Shown in pieces: positions 11,675 to 23,977 of a stretch of 64,000 bases of DNA. Location: NCBI RefSeq assembly GCF_964204645.1, contig NC_134025.1, positions 15,252,001 through 15,316,000 of the forward strand, written 5' to 3'. Position numbers and translations under genes: made by a program. The number at the start of each line of letters is the position of its first letter. The stretch's first letter is position 1. This DNA is from Tubulanus polymorphus (Eukaryota; Animalia; Nemertea). The notes under the pieces were generated by a model. The model saw nothing but the letters and a program-made list of their open reading frames with translations. It did no database searches and was not told the origin of the DNA.

Positions 11675-13136
11675 ATGGCAGAAGGTGGAGAAGATATCCC
11701 ATTGAATCCTTTTGGTGATGAACCCGGTATAAGTGATGAACCACAACCTGATTTTAATGAAACTAATATTGATAATGATGATGAATCAGCATATAATTCT
11801 AATTTAGCAGATAGTGGTTCTAAAGTCCCATCAACAGAAGAAAATGATAGAAGAATTAGATCGAGAATACCTACTGAAAATTTAGACCCAGGTTTAGAAA
11901 GAGAAAATTTAGAAAATTACGAATTTATGTATGAATTTCAACATGTATTTAGAGAATCTGGATATAATATAAATGATAGAGGCGCCAGACTTTTAGTACA
12001 AGAATTAAAATCTTTAGATGGTGAATATTATTATCATTTGACAGATGATTATTATATTGATATCTCTTATAAAAAACAAAACAAAATATTAGCAGAATCA
12101 ACTTTGCTTAAGTCTGACTCATTACTATCTAGAATTAAAATAATAAGAAATGGTAATGAAATAGAAGATGTAACACAAGAAGAAATTATTAAAAATGAAA
12201 GAGTATTTAAACAAAGAATTAATGAATTATTTGAAACAATCAAAGATAATCCAGAAACAGAAACAACTTCTGAACGAATAAAACTTCCAAAACTAGTAAA
12301 CTTAAATCAAATAAAGTTCCAATTGAAAAACTTTTACCGAATGGATTACTTGATGCAACAGATCAAGAATTAGAAGATTTAGATATATTTTCTGATAAAG
12401 CAATTAGAGAAATTATTAGTATAAGACTTGCATCTGATAAAATCGCGCATGATAAAAGTATAAGAGATTTTAAAATTAGAACTTTAGAAAAAGAATTAAC
12501 TGATAAAAATAAAGAAATAGAACAATTAAAATTAGATAGAGGTAATAAAGTTATTGAAGAAATTGAATTTAAAAAAAGAAATGCATATTTAGAAAAAGAA
12601 AAAGATGATTTAGAATATAACATAGAATTACAAAAAGAAGAAATTAAATTATTGTTAAAATCATATGATTATAATATTAATAGATTAAAAGTTATTTTAA
12701 AGATTTGTTGATTAAACCAAATTCTGAAATATCATTGAAAGATAGAATACAGTTATTATTTAAATTAGAAGGAATAACAATTCTTTCAATTCTAACAGCT
12801 GTAACTATGTTATTAACAACAATAGGTTTAGCAATATCAAATGCTTTAAAATCTACTCCTACTCCCAATAAACCGGATAAACCCCCGAATGATAATAATT
12901 CTATACAAGATAAAGTTAAAGATGGTTTAAAGAAATTAGCAAAATATTTATGGGAACTATCTAAAAAATCTGCTGCAGCATTGCCAGGAGTTATTGCATC
13001 AATTGTTGGTTTTATATTGAAATCTGCAGGAAACATTATTAACTTTGCTGCTGAACATATTATTTTATTTTTAATTACAGTTGTAAGTGCTATTATTTTT
13101 GGGTTAGTAAATATGATATCAAAAAATATCAAGTAA
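11675..13136 (+). pseudogene. Acidic/coiled-coil protein with C-terminal TM helices, frameshifted
   Basis: ORFs 11675-12373 and 12705-13136 bridged by a coiled-coil reading frame; homolog at 63231. Confidence 0.65.
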
Positions 13137-13176
13137 ACATGATCAAAAATAAATAATTAATTTTTTTGTTAAATAA

Positions 13177-14425
13177 ATGAGTGGGAGTTATATCAATCCT
13201 TCTAAGAATCATAGAATATCTAATGCTATTAAAGCAGAAAGATATCATCATATAATTACTAATAACCCTTCTAATATTAATCCGGATGAAACTTTATATG
13301 TTAGAATCCATCGATTAACACAAAATACTTTTTACGTTCCAAATAGTATTTATTTATCAGCTGATATAAAAGTAATCGGTAATAATAATAATTATGTTGT
13401 TGATAGTGTTGGAAGATATTTGATTAAAAAGTTAACAATAAAGATTGGTCCAGAAACAGTTTTCTCATTAGATGATTATAATTTATTCATGCATTATAAA
13501 GATTTATGGTTAACTAAAGAAAATAGAAATAATATGATATTTCAAGGAATCCAATCAGAAAACCAAAATAAATTAAGATCAGGAGCTAATGACGCAATAG
13601 TAACTCGCACCGCAGATAATTTGATAAAAAAGATTTATGGAAGCAAATATAAAATTCCATTAGACTTTGAATTGATAAATAACAATGCACCTTTATATAA
13701 ATATGCAATTCAAGAAGATGTTACATTCGAAATAACATTTGCTCCTGTAAATGAAATTGTATTATCTAGCGTTGTTAAAGATATGAGTTATAAATTATCG
13801 AATATATGTTTAGAATATGATACAGTAACTGATGAAAATATTTCAAGTATAATTCAAACTCAATACAATCAAGGATTTTCATTATTATATGATTATATTG
13901 ATAAATTTAAAACTGTAACTATTAATGCAAATGATGAAATAATTAATGAGAATATTAACTTCCCAAGAAGATCTATTAAAGGTATATTAATATTTTTTAC
14001 CATTGCAACATATTCTAATGGTGCAATAAATGTTGATAATTATTATAATCCTGAAATAACAAAAGTAAAAATAACTATCGAAGGAATAGCAAATAAAATA
14101 TTTTGTCAAGGAATGAGAATGATTGATCAATGGCCAGAAATTAAGAAAACATTTTATGAATGAAAATGTGAAATCATCTGAAAATTGTAATATTAATCAA
14201 ATTGATTATTATACCGGTAATAAATATGCATTATGGTTAGATTTTAGAACAACAGAGGATAATTCATTACATGGTTCTGGAAAAAAACTACAAAACACTA
14301 AAGATGGAATACAATTATTCATGACAAAGAAAAAGGGAAGCCTAAATTTCAAAATGCATATTTATATCATATCTGACGCGCAATTAAATATTGTAAATTC
14401 ACAATTAGATAGTGTTATGTATTAA
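13177..14425 (+). pseudogene. Major capsid protein (double jelly-roll, hexon-like); single +1 frameshift at ~14150
   Basis: ~415 aa, beta-rich, Polinton MCP-like size and position; copy 2 is in frame at this site. Confidence 0.75.
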
Positions 14426-14457
14426 AATTTTAACTTTAATAAAAAATCTTATATTAA

Positions 14458-15309
14458 ATGGAAGGAGGTAAAGTATATAAACATATTCCATACATCGATA
14501 CACATGAAAATAATGATGGTTTATATTATGTAATACCTTGTAATATAGCTTTGATATTTGATCCTATTTTCAAAATTTATAAAACTAAACTAATAGAAAT
14601 CGATAATAATAAAAGTGGTGTTGTTGAAAATTTAAGTAATGTAATTGATAATAATGTAATACCTACGACAGTAATACCTACTACAGTAATACCTACTACA
14701 TCTAATAATGTAATACCTTCTACATCTAATAATGCAATAATATTAAATGTTAGTGAAAATAGAAATTATTGTGCTTATTGTAAAGGTGAATTTTCAAACG
14801 CTCCATCAAATTGGAATAAACAAATGAATACAAAGGTACATATTACTAATGTTATAGAACGTGTTGGTTTAAGAGAATTTATAGAACACCCATTTAGATA
14901 TGTCACAAAGTTTGTTTCAAATAAAAAAGTAAATGGTAAAGAATTATATGAAGATTTTTTATTAGCAACACCTAATAAAGATGAATTAGATTTAACTGAT
15001 GCTAATGAAATATTAGGATCAAACACTGTAAATGAAATATTAGGAGCAAACACTAATAAAGATGATAATGAAAATATAGTTACAGATAAGCATATTGATA
15101 ATAAAGATTCTATGAAACATAAAGTAGAAAATAATGATAAATTTGATTGGATGAATAAGCATAACAATGAAACAACTATTGATGATTCGGTAAAAAGGGT
15201 GAAGAATAAGTATAAAAATAAAACAACTATTGATGTAGATTCGGTAGAGCATTTGAATAAATTGTTAGGGCCTGATAGTGAATTGGAGAGTGATAGTGAA
15301 AGTGATTAA
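14458..15309 (+). CDS. Hypothetical protein with VIPTT/SNN repeats and a Zn-finger-like motif, 283 aa
   Basis: Intact ORF; CAYC...H motif; homolog at 53413-54299. Confidence 0.65.
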   Translation: MEGGKVYKHIPYIDTHENNDGLYYVIPCNIALIFDPIFKIYKTKLIEIDNNKSGVVENLSNVIDNNVIPTTVIPTTVIPTTSNNVIPSTSNNAIILNVSENRNYCAYCKGEFSNAPSNWNKQMNTKVHITNVIERVGLREFIEHPFRYVTKFVSNKKVNGKELYEDFLLATPNKDELDLTDANEILGSNTVNEILGANTNKDDNENIVTDKHIDNKDSMKHKVENNDKFDWMNKHNNETTIDDSVKRVKNKYKNKTTIDVDSVEHLNKLLGPDSELESDSESD

Positions 15310-15718
15310 GATATTAATTATATTTAACTCAAATAATAATATTAGTTGAAAATTGTATAAAATAATAGTAAATAAAAAAGGGGGTTTTAAGTATTAAAGG
15401 TATTTAAGGTATCTAATACATATCTAATACATATCTAATACATATTATTTGAAAATACCTTAAATTATATTTCTTTTTAAATTTATGTTGCAACCTCAGT
15501 AATAATAAATAACCTTTATTAATTCAAAACTTATTCATATATTAGTTGAAATAATAAAAATAAATTGGTTGAAAATTGTATAAATAATATTTATTTTAAA
15601 AAAGGGGGTTTTAAGTATTTAAGGTATTTAATAGGGTATCAGGTATTAGGGTATCAGGTATTAGGGTATCTAATGGGGTATCAGGTATTAGGGTATCTAA
15701 TACATAGTCATATAAATT
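15310..15718. repeat. Convergent intergenic region with an internal duplication and short GGTATC/TATCTAATAC repeats
   Basis: Repeats visible directly; same structure at 53020-53412. Confidence 0.7.
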
Positions 15719-16330
15719 TTATTTTATAAATTTATATTCATAGGGAAATTGTAGTCTCAGTAATAATTTTGAACCTTTATTATTCTTTAATTTATTCATA
15801 TATTCATCGTGTAATTCAGTAGGTATAATTTGATTTTCTTCCAATGATTGTTGCATAGATTTTTTATCTTTGTTATAAAATAAAACTAGAAATCTTATAT
15901 TCTCCCTAAAGTCTTTAACAATTGAATTATATTTTTGATTTAAAACCCATGTTGTTATCCCACAATGTCTCCCAGAGAAAGCTAGATAACATAACTCACT
16001 TTCTCTCACTTTTGAATCATGTAAATTAGCGCAATCATCTATAATGAATAATGTATTTGATCCTTTATAAGTATCAATTGCTATTTTTATACAATTATCT
16101 AAATTTTCTTTTACTGTTTTAGGATCTAATATAATAAACTTTTTCATCTTAACTATATCTCTATTATATGTTTTATTCATTTCATAAGTAGGGCAGAATA
16201 ATATTATATTATCAAAATGATTCTTATAAATAGTTTCTAACAAATCTAATATGAAATGTGTTTTACCACAATTGGTTACTCCAGTAACTAACATATTATG
16301 CGGTTCAAATATAAATAAATCTTTATTCAT
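15719..16330 (-). CDS. Genome packaging ATPase (A32/FtsK-like)
   Basis: Walker A GVTNCGKT, Walker B FIIDD, SGRH...Q motif. Confidence 0.92.
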   Translation of the reverse strand: MNKDLFIFEPHNMLVTGVTNCGKTHFILDLLETIYKNHFDNIILFCPTYEMNKTYNRDIVKMKKFIILDPKTVKENLDNCIKIAIDTYKGSNTLFIIDDCANLHDSKVRESELCYLAFSGRHCGITTWVLNQKYNSIVKDFRENIRFLVLFYNKDKKSMQQSLEENQIIPTELHDEYMNKLKNNKGSKLLLRLQFPYEYKFIK

Positions 16331-17409
16331 TTATTCTTTTAATTTTACTAGATAAAATCCATTCATTAAATTTATCATCATATCCTTTATATTTCACCAG
16401 AGAATACTTTTTTCCTTTAAGAGTTTTTGTTTTCAATACTTTTTCTATTTTGTATTCTATTTCATCTGGGTTTGGTACAAGTGATAATTCTTGTTCATAG
16501 AAATAACCTAATATTTCTTCATCTTTTAAATCTTCTAATTTATAAACACAAGGTTTAGTTAATATTATCTTTTTAATCTTGAGTATTTCTTCTGTAAAAT
16601 TTGGGGTATAACCTTTATAAAATGTTTTTCTATATTTAGATATTCTTACGTGTTGTCCTATTTTAAATTTAGGTTCACCGAAATCGTGTGTAACAAACGC
16701 TCCATATAAATTATTCCAAACTATTTCCGAATTATCTTCTTTTCTAGCTTGTATAGGTTTCATATTTATAGAACTATGTTTAGAATTATTATAACCTTTC
16801 ACTAAATCATCTAACACATCGATATATTTATATGTTTCATTAGCAGTAAAATATTTCCACATTCTAGTTTTCAATGTTTTATTAAATCTTTCTATAATAG
16901 ATGCTTTTTTATCTGAGTGTGTTGAAAAATAATCTACATCGTTATCAGATAATAGTTTTTTTAAAATGTTTGTTATTGAATTCCTTACCTTCATCAAATT
17001 GTATCTTATCTGGAATAGCTTCTTTAAATATATTCTTAAAAGCATTTGTTACTTCTATTCTAGTTTTATTTTTGATAGGAATTGACCATGCGTATCTACT
17101 GAATATGTCTATAACATTCAGTATCCAGAAATATCCTTAGTTGTATTCTTCTAAGTTCTTCATGTCAATTAAATCAGCTTGCCATTGTTGATCGATATAT
17201 GAAACTATAACTTTCCTTGTTAAATAAGTTTTCTCCATTTTCTTGTGGATTTGATATGTTGGTTGATTTTGTAACCATAATCTTAATTCACTATATTTTA
17301 TATCACCATTATCAGATTTAATTTTATTCCATAATTCTGAAACGTTAGAATATGATACTTCACTCTCTGGGTTATAATATAAATCTCTTAAATATTGTTC
17401 TTTTTTCAT
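16323..17409 (-). pseudogene. Retroviral-like (RVE) integrase with C-terminal chromodomain; stop plus frameshift
   Basis: WQADLIDM, IDIFSRYAW, DEGKEF, IERFNKTLK; LVKYKGYDDKFNEWI chromodomain. Confidence 0.92.
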
Positions 17410-17467
17410 CTTATTTTAATCCATTAATTATAATTTAGATTTAGTTTCAATGACTTTATGATTTGAC

Positions 17468-17764
17468 TTATTTTCTGGTATTGTCATTGGAATCCTCTTT
17501 ATCATCAGATTTGAATTTTGATTTAAATATTACACCGGATAATATAATAACTGTTACTAATCCAATTGTAATATATAATTTATAATTACTTCCAGCATTA
17601 GAAGAATCAGGTGGATTATTATTTGAATCAATATCAGATAATTCATTTATGTCAGTTAATTTCTTTTTCTTAGCTTTTTTTAATTCTGAAGATCTTTTAC
17701 CTAATTCTCTTGCCCATTTAATTTGTTTCTCGGATCTAGCCTTTTTCTTAACTCCATCACTCAT
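17468..17764 (-). CDS. Small basic protein with a TM segment (C-terminus frameshifted relative to copy 2)
   Basis: Homolog of 37422-37790. Confidence 0.6.
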   Translation of the reverse strand: MSDGVKKKARSEKQIKWARELGKRSSELKKAKKKKLTDINELSDIDSNNNPPDSSNAGSNYKLYITIGLVTVIILSGVIFKSKFKSDDKEDSNDNTRK

Positions 17765-18370
17765 TTATTTTAGTTAATTTTTGTTCTGATTCATTTTCTG
17801 TTTCGACGTTTGGTTGTAGTACATCTGTTTCGTTCTTACCTGATTTATATTCCATAGGTTTGATGTTCGAAAATGTTATGACGCCCGTAGAAATTAATGT
17901 CATAACAGATCCTAATTGAAATGAAGCATAACCAACCCATTTTTGTAATTCAGTCATAACTAAGCAGTCATTTTTCAAATCACTATATAATTTATTTTCA
18001 TCATCAATTGGTATTAACTGGTTACATAACTTAGAATAACATTTGACAATACCATCTGAAATAGAATCATTTATTCTAGCTAATCTTGCTTCTTCATAAA
18101 TCTTAAAATATTTACTTCTTAATTTATTACTTTATCGGGTTTCATAGCATCTAATTCTTGAAAAGTTATTATTTTTCCTAAGAAGTCCTTAGATTTCCCG
18201 CCAGCAATCAATAGTTCAAGATGATGCTTACAATATAAATAGTATTCATAATCAATATTACAATAAACTTGAGCACAATTAGTTACAACTGTATCTTTAT
18301 TATCACTTATACCCAAATCATCTAATGTCTTTTCAATATCAATACTATTCTTATTAGATTTCTTTGACAT
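17757..18370 (-). pseudogene. Hypothetical protein (~200 aa), frameshifted
   Basis: Intact homolog at 36800-37429. Confidence 0.7.
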
Positions 18371-18670
18371 TTATATTAGAGGAAAAAAGCAAAAAAAATA
18401 TTATAAGTATTATAAAATGATACTAGTATCTCTTTGGGTTAATACTAGTTAGTTAAAGGTAAAGAATTTTAGTATTAGTTTTTGTTTTTTTAGTATTTTT
18501 TATTTGTGATATAAAGTATTCTTTTTTGAAAAGAAAATATTAAAAATATAATAGAATTCACAAGCTGGTTGAAGTTATTGTTTTTTAAATACTTTTTATT
18601 TAAAATCTATTTGATATCTCACTACTTTTGTTTATCTATTAGGAGCAGTAGTTATAACTGTCCAGATAAG

Positions 18671-19345
18671 TCATTTCGGATCCTTGATATCAAATTCCTC
18701 AACGTATTGTTCATTATTTGGATTATTGTTCCATTGATCAATAAATTTCTTTGCCTTTGTTAACTGTTCTAAATATAACTGTAAATCTAGTTTATTAGAT
18801 TTAATTATGTTTTCCTTCTTTTCTAAAGGTCTTAAATTTTTCCAATTCCAAATAAGTTTTTTGTTGTATTCATCATTCATGTTAAATTTAGATATTGGTA
18901 ACACGTGATCAATATGGTAATAATCCCCATAATTATCTATATTCATTTTATTATCGAATTGAAATATAATCCATGATTTGAGAAATTCATCTGAACAACC
19001 CTATAAATTAGATAGTGTTTCTGAATGTGTTTCTTTGTTGAATAATTGTGTTAATCTAGATCTTAAGCATTGTTTCAATCTAAAATTAAGATCTGTTTGA
19101 TATCTTTCTCTCATATATTCTGCCATATAATAATTATAATGTTCTATATTATCTTCTCGATATTGTTTAGTATATAGTTTAGTGCAAGTTTCACAGCAAT
19201 ATTGAAAACCATCTTTGCTAATCTTACGCTTACTAAATTCTGTTAATGATTTATCTAATTCACACTTAGAACACTTCTTGTAATATATATTTATAACACC
19301 AGCGTTATTTGTAATATTGATAATTTGTGGTTGTTCTGGTTCCAT
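18671..19345 (-). pseudogene. HNH-type endonuclease with N-terminal Zn ribbon; one premature stop
   Basis: CSKC...C motif; YHIDHVLPISKF...NLRPLEKKENIIKSNK; TAG at 19001 is TTG in copy 2. Confidence 0.8.
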
Positions 19346-19479
19346 TTATTATACGTATTTTTTACTAAATTGGTTAATATTTTAGAATCCTCTTCCATTT
19401 CTTCGACCAACTTCATCCTTTTTCATTCCTCGCTGCTTTTGATAAGTTGTTTCGATTCCCTGATATCTAAATAATACCA

Positions 19480-19995
19480 CTGGGCAAACCGCTCTTATAG
19501 GAGCGTTTTTGCTTAATGCGCATGCGTTAATCATAATTATATATTCATTCTGTAAATTCTGTAAAATAGAAACGACACATGCGTCACATGCGGCCATTGA
19601 TGTCCGGTTTTGCTTAATGCACATGTGTTAATCATAATAGAAACAACCGACATGAAATATCTAAATAATACCACTGGGCAAAACCGCTCTTATAGGAGCG
19701 TTTTTGCTTAATGCGAATGCGCTAATCCTAATTATATATTCATTCTGTAAAATAGAAACGACCGACATAAAATATCAAAACGTGTTCGCATTAGGCAAAA
19801 CCGCTCTTATAGGAGCGTTTTTCCTTAATGCGCATGCGCTAATCCTAATTATATATTCATTCTGTAAATTCTGTAAAATAGAAACAACTGAACATAGAAA
19901 ATTCAAACGCATGTGCACTAGGCAAAACCGCTCTTATAGGAGCGTTTTTGCTTAATGCGCATGCGCTAATCATAATTGAAACAACCGAACATAGA
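19480..19995. repeat. Four to five ~120-bp units containing AAAACCGCTCTTATAGGAGCGTTTTT and TGCGCATGCG
   Basis: Units near 19482, 19676, 19793 and 19921. Confidence 0.85.
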
Positions 19996-20667
19996 ACATT
20001 CACCAAGTAGATTTACACAATACATTATACACGTTGTTCGGCCGTTTCTTCCAATACATCATTTGATTTCTATAAATACAATTTATAATTACAAACATTT
20101 TTTCAATTGCTGGTAAATATTTAACTACATCAATAAATGTTTAACTTAATCATTGGAGTCTTAATGTTTTTGAAATTCTTATATAGTTTCTTCGTCGATC
20201 TTTTGTGATTCTTGTGCTAATTTCTATTGGTTTGATATCCATTGCTGTTGATTCCTCAGTCAGAAAGAGTATCTTGAGTTTCTCTATCACTTCTTGATGC
20301 GTATGGCGTTTTATTAATCTAAAAGATATTAGCGGCAACTCTAGCCATCTAAAAGATATACTAAATACACTTAAATATATCTAAAGGTTTCATATTTAAT
20401 AGCCCTAATAACTACAACAAACAGTACTTACATTTAGATTTAGAATTGTAAACTATAAACTCCTAATTTCGTTTCGAGAGATAGAATATCCTGAGCACAA
20501 TGTTACAGCGTATGTTCATTTCTTGCCACGTCATCTGGTTCCGGTTCTAGAGTGTTCTCTGCACGTTTGTAATAATGAGTCATAAGTCTCGGCGTCATAG
20601 TAACAGCTGTAACAGCTGTGAATTTATAGATTTATTCCATAGCTCTTTACATTGAATGTATATAGGT

Positions 20668-20919
20668 TCAAATAGAATCATGTTCTAGTATAAACATCGG
20701 ATCCTTGATATCAAATTCCTCAACGTATTGTTCATTATTTGGATCATTAATCCATAATTCAATAAATTTCTTTGCCTTTGTAAACTGTTCTGAATATAAC
20801 TGTAAATATTCTAGTTTCAATTTATTCTCTAAATGTGTTTTAGTTTTATTGTGTCTTGCTTTTTGGGATTTATCTATATTGATATTACATGTTGGGCAGT
20901 AGTACTTATTTGCTTCCAT
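20668..20919 (-). CDS. Chimeric 83-aa ORF: pPolB N-terminal Zn finger fused to the HNH gene's C-terminal tail
   Basis: First ~38 codons lie in the TIR and mirror the pPolB start; LQLY..EQ..KAKKF...NNEQYVEEFDIKDP matches 18671-18790. Confidence 0.6.
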   Translation of the reverse strand: MEANKYYCPTCNINIDKSQKARHNKTKTHLENKLKLEYLQLYSEQFTKAKKFIELWINDPNNEQYVEEFDIKDPMFILEHDSI

Positions 20920-20999
20920 TTTAATACTAAATTTTTTATTAAAATTGATTTTAGAAGTTCAATGATTTAAATGTTATTCATTTATATGAATATTTTAAG

Positions 21000-21403
21000 A
21001 GTAATAGGGGTAATGGGCTTTCATATCAAAGGTTGAATGGTCGAGTTCATTAAAAACATATATTAAAAGTAATTAAAAACTATAATATATTTTCATAACC
21101 GTGTGTATTTCAGTTGAATAATAGAATAATTATTATCATTTGAATATATTTGATTATATGAATTTGTGTATTGTAAATAAATCAATTGGTCGCGGAGCTG
21201 AGCGGTAGCGAAGTGGAGCGACCAATTGATTTAATACAATATGCTTTTTAAATTATTGATATCTTAGAATAAATATTTAGTTATAATATAAAATGCACAC
21301 GGTTATGAAAATATATTATAGTTTTTAATTACTTTTAATGTTTTGTTTTTTAATGAGCTCGACCGTTCGACCTTTGGTATGAAAGCCCATTACCCCTATT
21401 ACT
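21000..21403. repeat. Mirror copy of the 404-bp hairpin
   Basis: AGTAATAGGGG...CCCCTATTACT. Confidence 0.9.
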
Positions 21404-23159
21404 ACCCGAAATGGGTATACTATAGTTGGTTTGCTCATACTTAATTTCCCCAATCGCGGTTGTGTCTCTGATCTAAATAACTTATTCGGCCGATGCTAAC
21501 AACGGGTCAATGGTTTTTGTTTCTCAATTACTTAATTGCGTAATTTTCATCCTGCATATTCCGTCACATATCATCGAGGGTACTGACCAGATATTTTAGA
21601 TGGTAGATGCTAACCATGGGTCAATGTATTTGTTTCTCAATTACTTAATTACGTTCATAGATGATATATTGTATCAAGGGGTCTGGCCAACGACAAAATG
21701 CTTGATTATTATAGAGTAAATCCGAATAAAATGAGACAGATATGAAATATTATATACATTGCAAGTTTATTATTTACTCGTTCATCTAAAAAACATAAAT
21801 TTTTTTTTTCCAAAAATATTATACATATACACGGGTTATGGCTTTTATTTATACAATCCGGTAGATGACGAATGAGTCGCTACGTATAAAAATTCGTAAA
21901 AGATAGAAACTCACTACTTTAGTTAATCCTCTTTTGGTCAGAGCGGTTTTAGATTACTTTAATTATACTTGGGTTATCATTATACCGTATTCAGGTGCTT
22001 TCTAACCCCGCTTGTGTCTTTTGCGCAGTACGGGCATCTGTATTCCTGATTCGAGTGACTCGAATCGTACCAGCACGGTCTCATATTAGCCAGTTCGGAT
22101 ATATCTTCTGTAAAATTAATGTTTTTCAATTTTTTTCTATTGTTCCAATGTTAGTTTTACGCCGCATCTAGTCGGATTTACGTCGAAAAGCTCATCGTAT
22201 TTTCGGATATCTACGTAATACGGTGATCGTGACTAGATCCATATATCTTGATAAAGTTCGAACGTAACATTTCGGCTACTATCTTAGTGCTCCAATAACA
22301 GACATCTTGGAAATGATTTGTCCTAAAACTACCCCCTTATTTATGGGTCTAAGTCAGACGACTAATTAGTTGATTAATTCTCATAGTCTAACAGTTTACT
22401 CAAAGTATTTGAGGATTCTATCACATATAATTAACGGTGTTTTTGATACTCGGGTCTAATATCACCCAGCATATAGGACCATCTGTTCGGTTTTTTCTAA
22501 ACAATTTAATTACCTCAGCGCTATGAGCACTAAAAATGTTCGAATTATTGCTATTGTAATTGGTTTGAAACTTCACACATAATTTCCCATCTCGGACGTG
22601 TCTCCGATCTAAATCACTTAATTGCCTTCGTCTTCCGCATATAATTAACGGTGTTTGGATACTATCGATCCATCTGCTACTAGTCTAGGTAATTGGTTTT
22701 GCTCACACCTATTTTCCCCAATCGTGGTCATGTATTGATCTAAATCAATTAATTGCCTTCTTTGTCGGTATATGGTATCATGGGTCTGGATAGCAACGAA
22801 ATGCTAGATTAACGTATTGTTAACTCAGAATGAGTCAAAAATGAAATCTTTTATTCAATAAATGTTTTATTTAGTCCTAAAAAACATAAATATTTTTATA
22901 AATATTGTAGATAAACATAGGTCATATACCTATACACGAAAAAACCATAAATTTCATAAAAGATAGAAACTCACTACTTTAGTTAATCCTCTTTGGTTGG
23001 AGCGGATCTTAATGAAGTCCTGGATTAGTTATTTCGGATACTTATTTCTATCTGAGAGTTTAACGCAAACTAACGTATATAAATTGATGTTTTTTACACA
23101 TTTTGTTAATCGGTTATGATATAAATATTATTTAATTAATATCTTTTAAACTACTTTAA

Positions 23160-23977
23160 TTATACTTGGGTGATCATTACACCGTATTCAGGCGCTTTTC
23201 TAACACCGCTGGTGTCTTTAGCGCAATAGGCGCACCTATATTCTTGATTCGAGTGACTCGAGTCATACCAACACGGTTTCATATTGGTTAGTTCGGGTAT
23301 ATCTTCGTTAAAATTAATGTCTTTCAACTTTTTCCATAGTTCCAATGTTAGTTTTACACCGCATCTAGTCGGAGTTACGTCGAAAAGCTCATCGTGTAGA
23401 TCATATTTTCGGATATCTACGTAAATACGATGATCGTGACTAGATCTATAGATTTTGATAAAGTTCGAACGACCAACGGTCATCACGCCTACGTAATCGA
23501 TATCTTCTTTAACGCGCGCAATTTCGTGTTCGATATCGGCTTTACAATAATCTATATGTACCCACTCTTGGAGATCTAGCGAAATACCGTTCTTTGTGGG
23601 ATACAGTTGTTTTCTACGCTCGCAACACTCATAAGATCGTAAATCTATACGTTTTAACCCCTGCCACGTTTTCGCACTCGCGTACACAAGCGATCCTAGA
23701 TAATGAGGCTCGGGGTCATTGTTCCAGGTATTCCGTTGAACTTTCGACGGAACAGCGTTGTCATTAACGATTGAATCTATAAAACAATGAAAAATATTCT
23801 ATATCAGTATACGTATGACTTAATATTTGACGGTTTCGAATACCGGAATAGTTATAAAAACTTACTAAAGTCGAGTTTGAGCGAGGGGTGTTTTCTTTTC
23901 CTAGATTGAAGAGAGGACTTTGCTCGAATCGGTGTGCTTGACATTTCTAAGGTAGTTTGTCCACTAGTCGAATCCAT
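23160..23977 (-). CDS. Second copy of the spliced tandem PC4-domain gene (exon 1 23977-23866, exon 2 23776-23160)
   Basis: TIR mirror; splice sites conserved; in-frame 3-nt difference (YLGSLVY). Confidence 0.8.

Noticed and set aside
14123-14163. Programmed frameshift in the major capsid protein
   Set aside because: Copy 2 is in frame here and is broken at a different site, indicating independent decay
12363-15252. Minus-strand ORFs at 12363, 12692, 14775 and 15040
   Set aside because: Antisense shadows of AT-rich plus-strand genes
19382-19955. 80-aa and 83-aa ORFs
   Set aside because: They lie in tandem repeats and are absent from copy 2
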